Below the pieces are notes generated by a model, which made no database searches, was not told the DNA's origin, and worked only from the letters and a program-made list of their open reading frames with translations. A DNA stretch of 64,000 bases from Polymyxa betae A26-41 (taxonomy: Eukaryota > Protista > Endomyxa: Phytomyxea): assembly GCA_003693705.1 (NCBI GenBank), contig RBZT01000846.1, positions 66,329 through 130,328 on the forward strand, written 5' to 3'. Below, piece after piece: positions 52,693-64,000 of this stretch. Made by a program: the position numbers and the translations under genes. Numbering within the stretch: the stretch's first letter is position 1; every line of letters begins with the position of its first letter.

Positions 52693-54048
52693 ATGTTCGC
52701 TATTACATCCAACATTGTCAAGCGCCTTCCATCAGCCTGGTCTGGTGTTAGAGTAGCTGCTACAGCGTTACCTCTCGCCAATGGACACCACCGCTATGCA
52801 TCGACGTCTACGAAGGAACCTAAACGTGTAGCTGTCACTGGTGCTGCCGGCCAGATTGGATATCAAATACTATTTCGTATTGCATCTGGGCAATTACTTG
52901 GTCCAGACCAACCTGTTATTATCCATGCCATAGAATTAGAGCAGGCTATGAATGCATTACGAGGTGTTGCTATGGAGCTTGATGATTGTGCTTTCCCTCT
53001 GCTTCGTGGAGGTATTAATCAGGCTCTACTGGCATCATTTCATTTAGATCACAATTATAGTGGTGCAAACCAGCGACCTTGATGAAGGATTCGACGATAT
53101 TGACTATGCTTTGCTTGTTGGAAGCCGTCCTCGTGGTAAAGGAATGGAACGTCAGGAGCTCCTGTCTCTCAACGGGAAAATATTCGTTGGTACTGGAAAA
53201 GCTTTGAATAAGAATGTAAAAAGTTCGCTCAATTTTTAATTTGTTGTTCAAAAGCGTCATTCTAGGCAAAGAAGACGGCGAAAATCCTCGTTGTGAGTAT
53301 CGGTATATCGACGCGATCTTTTTTACTGAATTAACATCGTTTTCAAGGTGGGAAATCCTGCTAATACAAACTGTCTAGTGGCGTCTGCTAATGCCCCTGA
53401 TATCCCTGCGTATGCTATCATCATGATATTGTACATCTTCCAAACGTTTGAATATTGATGTCAGTGAGAACTTTGCTGCCATGACCCGTCTAGATCATGA
53501 TCGTGCTGTTGCTCAAGTTGCCATCAAGACCAAATCTCATTGCACCGATGTTTCTAAGCTTGCAATTTGGGGCAACCACAGGTTCGTGAGTCTCGTGTGC
53601 TGTCCGGTTTAATCTAAAATTGTTTTAAAGTGCAACCCAATATCCCGATATCACACATTGTGAAGTGAAAGGCAAGAAGGCGTTAGATGTTATTAACGAT
53701 GAGACCTGGGTCAAGGATACTTTCATTCCTTGTGTGCAACAACGTGGTGCTGCTATTATTGCTGCTCGTGGATTATCGAGTGCTGCTTCTGCCGCTAATG
53801 CTGCTATCACGCATACATTTGATCGATTCAAGGGAACCAATGGGAAATGGGTCTCTATGGCCGTTCCTTCAGATGGTAGTTATGGTATTGAGGAAGGATT
53901 ATTCTTTTCGTACCCAATTACCTGCAACAATGACAAATACGAAATTGTACAAGGACTTGAAGTTGATTCCTTCAGCGCTGAGATGATTGAAAAGACCAAG
54001 AAAGAGCTTCTTGCCGAACGTGACATGGTCAAGGATCTGCTGCCCTAA
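52693..54048 (+). CDS. MDH: Malate dehydrogenase, MDH1/type-2 family, with N-terminal presequence
   Basis: [74 protein letters not shown]; 5 introns. Confidence 0.95.
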
Positions 54049-54143
54049 ACATGCAGTAGATTCAAACCATAATGCGAATGAAGAAATTTTAACAACCAAT
54101 GGATAATTTGTTAGATGGCTTGACGATAATGATTGGGTAGATA

Positions 54144-57100
54144 TTACAATCGTATTCTTTTAACGGGATCATTGGTTCTTGGGTCTATAGATACCCGACA
54201 GAATGGGCATGATCCAGTCCTCAGTATAGCTATCTCGAATTCATCTTCGTTGAATATCGAACAGCAATTATGACATTGAATTAGAGCAAGTCCAGGTATG
54301 AGACATTTATAAAATCGGACAGGTCCAATACCAGCATGAGTAGTTGGTGTAAGAAACACCGATGATCTTGACATTGATGCAAGAATGTGTTTGCTCACTT
54401 CAACGTCCTGTTTAACACATAATCAGGTTCAACAGTTCATTGCCATTCAAACATCCAACCGGATATTTTCCATCGACTGTTTGTTGAATCTGAATTACTT
54501 GTTGCATAAAGCCACTATCTCCTTCTTCATCGCTATTGCCTTCTTGATCACCACATCGATCCAATGTAAGGATATTTGTCTCACCGTTCACATGGGTATT
54601 CGATTCTTTCCTGTGATTGCAAATAAATGTGATACAGACCTAAAGACTAGGCTCAGTTTCAATCATACCTTTCTGTCTGTTTGAGAGTTGGGCCAGAATT
54701 AATAATTGATAATGCTTCTTGAACAGAGAGGTTCCCATCTACCTGTTAGCAAATTTCAATATATTGCTGACTTTGGCACAATACAGAAAACTACCTGGAA
54801 CTCTACCAGAGGTAACACCTCAAATGTACATGCGGAACGTACAAAGCGGTGCTTACAATTCGTGCAGCAATCTCCTGCTGTAAATAGAGCATTCCGAGTT
54901 GAACATCTAAACAAGCAAATCAGTAAGATCTCCTGATAAAGCGTGCAGCTTGAAGTACTTATAACATATTGGAAGCAGCTCAGTTCGGTCTAAGAACGGT
55001 TTTCCTTGGATTAAAATCGATTGAAGTTCGATTTCTTCCCGTTTCTCAGGCGGTATCCGTAATTTTTGAAGTATTGAATAGCAAAGACGAGCAAGTTTAA
55101 ATGCCTAAAATAAATTCAGATTGTGATCCATAATGTTGAAGCTGTAACCTCAAGATGGACGGCCTGCTTTGCAAGAGTAGATAAAAGAGCAAAGAATGAG
55201 ATAAACCCATGAGATCCTACATCATCCCAGAACTTAAATCTCTTATCGTCATCGAACATAGCAATGCGTGCAGATACCTTCTGAGTTCACATCCATTCCT
55301 TCAATATTAAGTACATGAAGGGCACTATTAAATATAGTTTCGGCAGAAAGGGTAGTGAATGGTTCGAATGTAAAACGATACACATTAGAATATGCAAAAT
55401 ACAGCACTGCACATTTGTAATTTTCTTGAAAATCGCGATCATTAAAGGAAGATTGTCTAGCGACATCTAATGCCGTCTGGAAATAATAGTACGATGCATC
55501 AGAGAAGCGTCTCTCATGCACTGCACTTAGAGTAAGCTGATTCAATAACTGAGCTGCCTGATCAGATCGACCTGCGCGAGCAAAAGCTTCCTGTAACCGA
55601 AGACCAGATCAATTAAATGAAAGACAGGAGCCGGGCTCAATAACCTGAGCTTCATCAAATCTGTCATTAACAGCGAGCCATTGTGCATATGGTAAATAGA
55701 TCTCATTGGCATATTCAGGATGTCGTTTCACCATATCTGAATCCTGATTGAAACCCTTGACAGAAAGCATTGCATTGATACGATACCTAGAGCTATATCC
55801 CAAGTTTGTGCTTGAACACATAATGATATTAATGAAACAATATCATCTATTCGTAAATATACATCTCGTGCATATTGAAAGCTGCCACATGATCGAAATG
55901 TATCTGCAGCCTGTAATCAATCAGTATGAGTGGGAGCAATATGCAATTTACAACCAACCTGTTTCAACACAGCAGTTTCAACACTACTTAATTTATTGAT
56001 CCTTTCAATGAGCTTATCAGTCCAACCATGCTGGCCCATGATCTCGATCGCCCGACTGTAATCTTTGGCCGCCCAGAACATTTCAGCCGCAGGCTCAGGT
56101 TCGTTACCTACAGTAGCTTACTTAATGGAATTATGCTTGGAAAGTAAATATATTGATGTACCTTGAAGTAACCAGTTCGCCTCATTCCGTAATAAACGGA
56201 TCATTTCGTTATCGACCTCGGAGCCTCCATTCTGATATCCGAAACGTTCGATGATGGATTTAGCACGATTCCAATCACGTAAATCCAGATACATCTCCAT
56301 TGCACGATTAAAGTAACCAGATCGACAGAATAGTGCACTGGCCTCCTCGAATTTCCCTAAATTCGAAGCTCATCAAAGCAGGTCATAGCAGAGGGCCAGT
56401 ATATCAACCTTGATAGGCTTGAATTTCAGCAGCAAATAGGTTCCTATCGTAATTAGGGCGTTTCGATGCGATACTGATTTGATTGATGAGTTCTGTATAA
56501 GTGATATCTCGAAGTCGAATGAAGGATCGTCTGGCTACATCCAGATCCAGATTAGCAAGTGACTGAAATGAGAGAAGTTTCCAATCCTGTTCTGTTACAC
56601 CAAGACATGCAATCTATCAACCAATCAGTTGATAGGTTGAGCCATGAAAGTATATAAAGATACCTTGTAAGCATTTGTATAATCACCACTAGCTAAATAT
56701 GAATGCATTGCTGCTGATTGAAATACATCAACAGTAACCATAGATGCATATTGCAAGCAGAATACTTTAGATGCTTTAAATCCCACTACGAACCTATATT
56801 GCAATCTTATTAGTGTTGTATAAGACCGATTCCAGGATTGACAAAACCCTTGAAGTCGTTGGCGATGAACCGGGAAATTCGATGTCTTGATGGCCAGCTG
56901 AGAGTTTCCAGAGAAACAAAACATATCATCAAATTGAGCATTCCAGGCAACACTATTTGCATTCTGCTCCTCAAATAGAACCTTTCGACTTTCAATATCA
57001 TAAATAAACACCTAGTTCAGAGCATCATCAAAGGAGTGATACAGAGGCGACTTTGGCCATACAGCGGAATTCTCGTCGACAATGGCGATCTTCTTTCGAT

Positions 57101-58993
57101 TAGATGATAGATCCAGACAGCGTATTGGTGCAGAATGTTGTAGAAGTTGAATCGGGAATTTATTGTCAATGAAGATCTGCATAACCGATCCATCACGTAA
57201 TCCAATAAGCAATCCTTCAGCACCAGCAGGTCCACCAATCACCTGATACACTCAATAATGGATTATCAATTTGAGAGGCCAGACCTTGATATAGCGAATA
57301 ATGGATTCAAAGACCCATTCACGTATTTTATCACCAGCAAACGAATACAGTTGTAATTTCTTCTCCTGACAGAGAACGACATTGCTGGATGTGACCACCA
57401 ATAAATTGCATTGAAGTTCTTTAACAATCTTATCTGATAATCTATGAAAACAGTGTCCAAATTCATTTACTCACAAATGCAATTGAATATGTTATCATAC
57501 TTATAATGCATATCGAAATCATCAGTAGGTGATGCTTCATAAATTAATATTCGATCTTGTAATTGAATAGCTAATCTATCTTTATAAATAGCGATCTTCT
57601 TAACATAATCACGTGTGCGAATCCGAACCTGTTCATGAAGATGAGAGCAATGTGATAGAGCATCAGTAATGTAACCGACCTTCTGTTCTGATATCATATG
57701 TTGTATAATAACATCTGACATAGCTTCTCGATATGCATATCGATCTCTATATAGACCATGTACAGTATTAAATACTAATTTATGCACCTCCAGTTCTCCT
57801 GCATACAAATTTACCTCATTAGTGACCAACAACGTATTAGATATGTAACGTGACAAACCTCCATTCGATGCAAATGCAAAGCATCGAGATTTAGGTCTTT
57901 GTTTGACTGTCCATATCCAATGTGCTGCTGATACAAGTACTGTTAAATATACACCTTCTCGTGTATATAGCTGCACTTCTTTATTCGAACCAGACACAAG
58001 CAGAAATTCCCCATTATTAAAGTGTTCAATGGCGCATGGATCAAACCCTATAGTTGAAGGTTACCTCCACCAGAGGACCAGTACGGCCCGTATCCTGACC
58101 TATATGTCTATCCTTCCATAACTGCTGTCCATTGATCTGATAGAACGATAATGTTTGATCCCAACATCCCACAGCTAATGTTGATTGTCCTTCTGAGTTT
58201 GATGGCGACCATTGTAAACACCAGATAGGTTCATGCCGTTCTATTACACTTTTTTCATTACCCTACAATATTCATATTGATCACGTTAACAAGTTACACA
58301 TCAATCCAGATTACAGACGGCGAACCTGTCGGTCGCGGATTGAGACATGGCCGTCGTACTGGCCTAGGGCTAGGTAGTTCCCGTCCGGCGTCCAGGATGC
58401 AGAGACGATTTTGCTAGATACTTTGTATTTATGGACAGCTGTGTATTGGGATTTAGAGATGTGCTTATAAGGGATATCTGTAAGATACCTTTCTGATCTG
58501 GTGACCATAACCCAAAATCACTTGCTGTACATGATGCTAGAATATGTTTACATGGATTATATGACTATGTAAATATACACTGTTAATACTATGATAGAAA
58601 ATATATGAAAGATGAATTACAAGACATTGAATAGTATCAGCATGAGAATATTTCAGTACTCCCTCACATGTATCAGTCCAGATTATTACACAACTATCTG
58701 CACCACCAGATGCAAATCTACATCCATCAAATGAATATGCTACACAATATACTGTGGTCTTATGGCCTATCATCAGATAAAGTTACATATCTCGAGATAG
58801 ATGTTGCTGATCTATAATCACCTTTCAGTGAATGTATCAATTGCCCAGTTTCAGCATCATAAACTAGAACACGAGATCCAATGGCTACTAACAAACGTGA
58901 AGCATCTGGTGAGAAATCGATGGAATATACAAGCGGAGGTAGTGAATCTCTCTCTGGGAGATCTTCAGCCCAGACAACCTGACTTCTGACCAT
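54144..58993 (-). CDS. IFT122: Intraflagellar transport protein 122 (IFT-A)
   Basis: [67 protein letters not shown]-terminal CHNC..F.EDEFE..CPFCR. Confidence 0.95.
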
Positions 58994-59265
58994 ATATAAT
59001 GATTATATGACATGTAGAGTATAGAGAAGAGAGAGACAGAGATAGAGAGGTATACTGTGCAGTATGTATCTATTGACATGTCACATGACAATTAATGATA
59101 CACATTATCTATACTACTATATATCATATTCATCATACAAGCCAATATTACATACAGAACATGTATTTAGTCCATACAACAAGTATTGCGCTAGTTAGAC
59201 GCAGTCGCTCTCATTGCTTGATCTATTTGGTTTATTAATCAAAGAGACAGAGATCGCTCTCCGTC

Positions 59266-59819
59266 ATGCCCAATATACGTACTAATAGGACCAAAGTTCC
59301 AGATGGATTCCATGTACTTCAGGATACACTCGATGAATTCGATCGACGCATGAGAGAGGCGGAACTCGAGCCTCATGACGGCAAGAAGAAGAACGAAGCT
59401 CTCTGTAATCTAGGCTTAAATCATGTTCTGGTCGTATTGAACTAACCATGTCTGGCCGTATCTAGGGCCAGTATTTCGTATTAATCATGAGCGAACCAGG
59501 TATATATACGATATGTGGCTGATTCGGAACATTACCCGTCCAGTGTATGATTTCTGTATTCGTGAGAAATATGCAGATGCAGGTCTAGTTGCTAAATGGA
59601 AAAAGGTTCTCATTCGCTCATGGTTCATTTCAAGTTCATTAATTTTATTTCATTATATAGCAAGGATATGAACGTCTATGCTGTGTTCAATGTGTTCAAC
59701 CAATGAACACGAATTTTGGTACGGCCTGTGTATGCAGAGTACCAAAACAATCTCTACCAGATGGACGTCTAATTGAATGTGTACATTGTGGTTGTCGAGG
59801 TTGTGCCTCTGGTGATTAA
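59266..59819 (+). CDS. BUD31: BUD31/G10 splicing factor (missed by ORF track)
   Basis: MPNIRT..MREAE.EPHDGK..EAL|[20 protein letters not shown]|[32 protein letters not shown]; 2 introns. Confidence 0.95.
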
Positions 59820-59917
59820 CTCTCATAACCTAACAAGCGCTCTATCCAGACTTGAATCCAATCAAAAGTCAGTAGACTGCTTAGAATAAACAGTCAAGGA
59901 GCCGAGACATTATTTAT

Positions 59918-60712
59918 TTATTTGTGACCAGGCTCAGGTTGTGCATATTTCCCAGGATCAGGCATTACAATCTGGCTAATATCCGGTAATTCTTGTTCTT
60001 GACCTTCTCCTTGAGATTCTTCAGCAGCCATATGCATCTGATCAACAGCTCGGCTTAAGAACTCGCTAATATCAACACCATGTACCATCTCATCAACTTC
60101 TTTAGCTGATAATACACGATCACCTTCACCGATCTGTTCAGCTAGTTCCTTAGCCTTATCCAGCTGCTCGACACCGCCACCAAGCTCTTCAGGAGGAAGT
60201 CCTTCGGTCTTACCTCCTAAACCAACTTTCTCCTCCTTGACAACTCCTTCCTGATCCTTCTCCCATGGTGGTCCGATAGTTCCACGTTCTCCTTTCTTCT
60301 TTGGCTTTTTCTTTCTTAAACCGGGTTCAGCTGATCCTTCGTCATAATTTGGATCATGAGCATCCAAAGCGTGTGGAGCTTCTTCTTGCTCGATCATGTT
60401 ATACTGGCCCTCCCATGTGAACTTGCCACCTTTGCCGCCTTTTTTGGGAGGAGCACGTACAGTACTAGTTTGCACGCCAGCTCCGGTATGACGTTCAAGA
60501 CGTAGCTCACCTTCTTGTATTTTTTTCTTAACTTCGTATGCTTCTGCTAGACGACCATCGGAGTCAAAAACCGCACGAGATTCTTTCTTTGGAATAACAC
60601 GATAGTGGTCTACAGATACAGGAACATGATAGAGATCTACAGGTAATGGAATATTATCATGAGATCTCGGATGACGTTCTCCATGATGATGTTTGGCTGC
60701 AAGATTCGCCAT
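59918..60712 (-). CDS. Hydrophilic protein with PDCD4-type N-terminal motifs and no MA3 domain
   Basis: Intronless 264 aa; ERHTG..PKKGGKGGKFTWEG and ALDAHDPNYDE. Confidence 0.75.
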   Translation of the reverse strand: MANLAAKHHHGERHPRSHDNIPLPVDLYHVPVSVDHYRVIPKKESRAVFDSDGRLAEAYEVKKKIQEGELRLERHTGAGVQTSTVRAPPKKGGKGGKFTWEGQYNMIEQEEAPHALDAHDPNYDEGSAEPGLRKKKPKKKGERGTIGPPWEKDQEGVVKEEKVGLGGKTEGLPPEELGGGVEQLDKAKELAEQIGEGDRVLSAKEVDEMVHGVDISEFLSRAVDQMHMAAEESQGEGQEQELPDISQIVMPDPGKYAQPEPGHK

Positions 60713-60757
60713 GTTATCAACGTGTTACAGTTCAGTTTAACAAATGGATCAATTCAA

Positions 60758-60795
60758 TGAATATTAAGACGGAGTGTGAATATTAAGACGGAGTG
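60758..60795. repeat. Perfect 19-bp tandem duplication TGAATATTAAGACGGAGTG x2
   Basis: Units 60758-60776 and 60777-60795, about 45 bp upstream of the minus-strand ATG at 60712. Confidence 0.95.
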
Positions 60796-61503
60796 AGATA
60801 GTAAAATTCACCAGATTTCTGAGTACTTGTACGCCGCCCATATACGGTACAATTACCACAAAGAACATTCTCGAATTTGCACCGACACTCTGTTGGAATA
60901 CCGAGATATGTCAAGTTACCAGGAAGGTTATGCCCAGTGCTTTGCCTGCACACAATGCCCCCATCAGTACCGGGTTAATCAGCTTGTCTCGACATATTTG
61001 TCCTGAACGTGTTTTGACGTTATTGACAGTTAGGATTGTATATGGTTTGCGTATTGGAAGGCTTTCATTAAGTTTGTTTAATGTCGATAGTGATGGAATA
61101 CATACTCAGCGTTCTTTTGATGGAAGATGTTTGGCATTATTTGATAGATGTGAGCAGTTCTGCTTGCAGAGTGACTAGACTGAATCTACACGATGTTCGT
61201 GGCACTTCCGTGATGAGATGCATAGAAGCAAGAGGCTGAATTCGGTGCCCATAGAGCATACACGGTCGTATATTTATGCATACAACATAAATTCTGTAGT
61301 TTGGAAGCTCTTAATAGGGTAAAAACTCTGTAAACTCGTCGTAAAGGGGAGTTAGGTTATAGACTATAGAATAGAGTTTAAATCATCATATACTAATGGT
61401 CATGACTAAATAGAGCATTTTCAGTTTATACGTGTAACTTAAGGTGATCATATAATTTGAATAGTAGAATCAAAGGATAACCAGCAGCATTATCTTTAGA
61501 CAT

Positions 61504-62461
61504 TTATATGCTGCTATATCCCAAGTTTGAATTAGCATCTTTCGAACTCGAAGCAATCTTTGCCTGAAATCAATGTATAAGCACATGAACATGACTCGTC
61601 CATTGATATGATTACCGCCTTCTTAGATGCATCAGGATTTGCTGCAATGATATCAACGGCAACAGCAGCTTCAGGTTTACCTGAACACAATAATCAGGGA
61701 GGTAAGACAGAACGGAAAGCGTTCAACGATTACCGGCCATGTCTGCTGCTTTTTTGGCTGCATTGGGATTATTAACAACAACATCAACTAAGACGTCTGT
61801 AGCATTTACAGCTGGAATCTGAACAGAAATCAGAATGGGATTGGTTCCGAGAGCAGATGGTTGACTTTATGAACGATAGGCTTATTAGCTGACACAAGAT
61901 GTTGGGAAGTGGATGGTGAAGCACATAAAATGAATGCATTGATAAAAAGAATAACAAAGGTAACTATTGTGATTGGATAACTAATAGTAGCTGGATTCAG
62001 ATTAACCACCATCGAGCCCAGGAACGCCATGAATACTGAACGTCCCATAAAGTTGAACATGAACCCAAAATTGTTGGCTACGAATTTATCGAACGACTTT
62101 CTAAAGGATCATTTAGGCAAGCATACAGGAAATGTTAGCTTACGAACAGTCGCATCTCGAAGGCTAGCAGGAAAATTGAGAACACCCTAAACGAATATAA
62201 TTTTACTAATAAGGCAAGATTATACAATCTTACGTGGTGTAAATGGCAAACAAATAATACGTGATGTCAACTGTCTTATTAGAATTTAAGAATCCCATTA
62301 TACCAGCAAATCCAAGCAACCCCTAATTCACAGAAAATCAACATGGATATGCAGTTCTCATTTGGCAGATAACCATCACGTACTGCTGCTAGAATACTCA
62401 ATGATCTTACAACATAAGCAAGACGTAGAGGATTCACTGAACGGATTCTGAGAGATATCAT
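61504..62461 (-). CDS. COPI-associated (Tvp15-like) Golgi membrane protein
   Basis: YYLFAIYT..FLLAFE, NFGFMFNFMGRSVFMAFLG, INAFIL; multi-exon. Confidence 0.75.
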
Positions 62462-63392
62462 TCAGATATGAATGTGGTGATGGAGCAGATTGTAGGAAGT
62501 GATCACCTATCAGATATGGTGGTCTGAGGTATAGACTGCTGCTGCGTATCATTCATTCTATTGATGTAATGACTAGATCAAGTGAGTATATGAATGAGAG
62601 GAAATAAACATGTAAGGAGAGGACCCTGTCTTCTATAGATATCGAGGTTTGAGAGCTATATGAAGAGGCCGCTTCACATTCTCTATTCACTTCACTTTAT
62701 TACAGAACCTGCAAAGCCATCTCTTCTACCAAGAAGACGTAAGAAAGCACCGCCTGACTCCAATTCAATCTTAGTCTTTCCGTCACCAACTTTCTGTTCT
62801 TGAGTTCGTCGAAAGCTGTAGGCGGATGGCTTCGCTCGCACAGACTTCTTATCCGAAATCCTTTGGGTCTGTTTCGGAAAATATGAAATCAGTAGCGAGA
62901 AATCGGGAGAGGTTTGGACTACGCCGATATGCTAAGATATAGAACAGCAAAGTTCAATAGACCTACCTGGCTCTGGTTTCTCGTTTGTAAGCAGATGATC
63001 TGGTTCGTGAAATTGAACTGCATGAGTTGGTGCTTTATTCACCATAGTAGATGGGACCATATTAGTCAAAATATCATGCTGATATATTGGCCAGGATCTG
63101 TTAGATCTCTGTGTAGATATGTCATTATCTGATATCATATCAGACACACAAATATTTAATAACTGATAATATTATTGTAACTACCTGTATGGCTATATCC
63201 TTCTCAATTGTCCGTGATATACTGCTCAATCAGACGAAATTAGACTTCCGTATAAAGTTTTATTAGTAATTTTTTTCACAACTTTTCTCTCAAGTTTTAG
63301 GATATACATATTGGAAGTAGTGCGGATAGTAAAAGTTCTAATAAAGGGGTTCTAATAAAGGGGAAGTATCACAAAGTATCAGAAATCAAGTG

Positions 63393-64000
63393 TGTCGAAG
63401 GTCCGATCGGGACCGGAAAGGGCAGTCTTCAACGGAAAGGGAAGCCTTGATCGTCCGACTGCGGGATCGATCCTGAGTCACCTTCCGATCAAACCCTAAT
63501 CCCTAATTTTCATTTCAACAATCAGAGGTTCCTCAAATATGGAATCTATTTATAGAGTCCTTTTCCATATTTGACCCTAGCGGGACGCCATATGTTGGTT
63601 TTACAGGACAATAGAGAGTTTTCGGAACGCTGATTTCGAGAGATTAGAGACAATTCGGAACGACTTGTTTCAAATTTGAGTTTGAGAATAACCCCGTCAC
63701 AATGCCTGAAACAGTGAAACTCAACGGTAATAAAACCTTTTCAAGCGCAATTTTGTGAGGACTGGGACAGGGCGAGGAAGAATAAGTGAAGGCTACGAAG
63801 AAGCAGGCGAACAAGAGTTATAAGAATCGAATAGATTCGAGAATGATTGTATTTCGATAAACAGAGAAAGCAAAGGTTCGAAGTTGTGAGTCACGATACT
63901 TGAGTCAACAGGAACTTGGAATTGATGGTAGATGACTCATGAGGTAGCTCGGAAGCTGAACGGAAGTAGTGAATCATGACAAATTTGAGTTTGAGTTTCA
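63393..64000 (-). mobile_element. Probable LTR (solo or 3' LTR), truncated by window end
   Basis: Non-coding; the minus strand has CTCTATAAATAG (plus about 63546-63557), ATTAGGGATTAGGGTTT and ends ..TTCGACA at 63393; 16-bp repeat CAAATTTGAGTTTGAG at 63671 and 63980. No RT/gag or second LTR visible. Confidence 0.4.

Noticed and set aside
3803-59819. Functional clustering of RNA-processing genes (PPIH, PLRG1, LSM1, BUD31) or ciliary genes (CCDC180, IFT122)
   Set aside because: Widely separated and interspersed with unrelated housekeeping genes; consistent with chance.
62690-63147. Minus-strand ORF pieces with a possible intron
   Set aside because: Several frames are equally plausible and nothing is recognisable; could be a relic.
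1-64000. CRISPR arrays, rRNA, tRNA, prokaryotic operons
   Set aside because: No regularly spaced repeats or recognisable structural RNA; the sequence is intron-containing eukaryotic DNA. Small ncRNAs cannot be excluded without a covariance-model search.

Overview
Gene-dense eukaryotic nuclear DNA in the standard code, with many short (about 45-60 nt) GT-AG introns, so the ORF track shows only exon fragments. Short introns, tight packing and flagellar genes suggest a flagellated protist such as a plasmodiophorid/Phytomyxea (inference, not proven). About 30 genes were reconstructed by hand-splicing. They include a divergent TFIIB-like protein, a GT60 GlcNAc-transferase, PPIH, a PH + permuted papain-like enzyme, a SET/polyQ protein, MCM10, two tandem mitochondrial carriers, an RRM protein, PSMA6, NFU1, DOP1, ATP synthase b, PLRG1 and CenH3. 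Further along are a TPR protein, LSM1, a GPI-type two-domain surface protein, a dead thioesterase, a TMX-like PDI, a DEK/SWIB protein, FANCI, CCDC180, CdsA, MDH, IFT122, BUD31 (absent from the ORF track), a PDCD4-motif protein and a COPI-associated protein. A probable LTR fragment lies at the right edge. No rRNA, tRNA or CRISPR was seen, and no multi-gene novel system is demonstrable. The best leads are the MA3-less PDCD4-motif protein (candidate ribosome dormancy factor), telomere-like motifs inside introns, a sub-kilobase GC/AT mosaic that cuts across exons, and several pseudoenzymes or unusual fusions. Coordinates of multi-exon genes are approximate spans.
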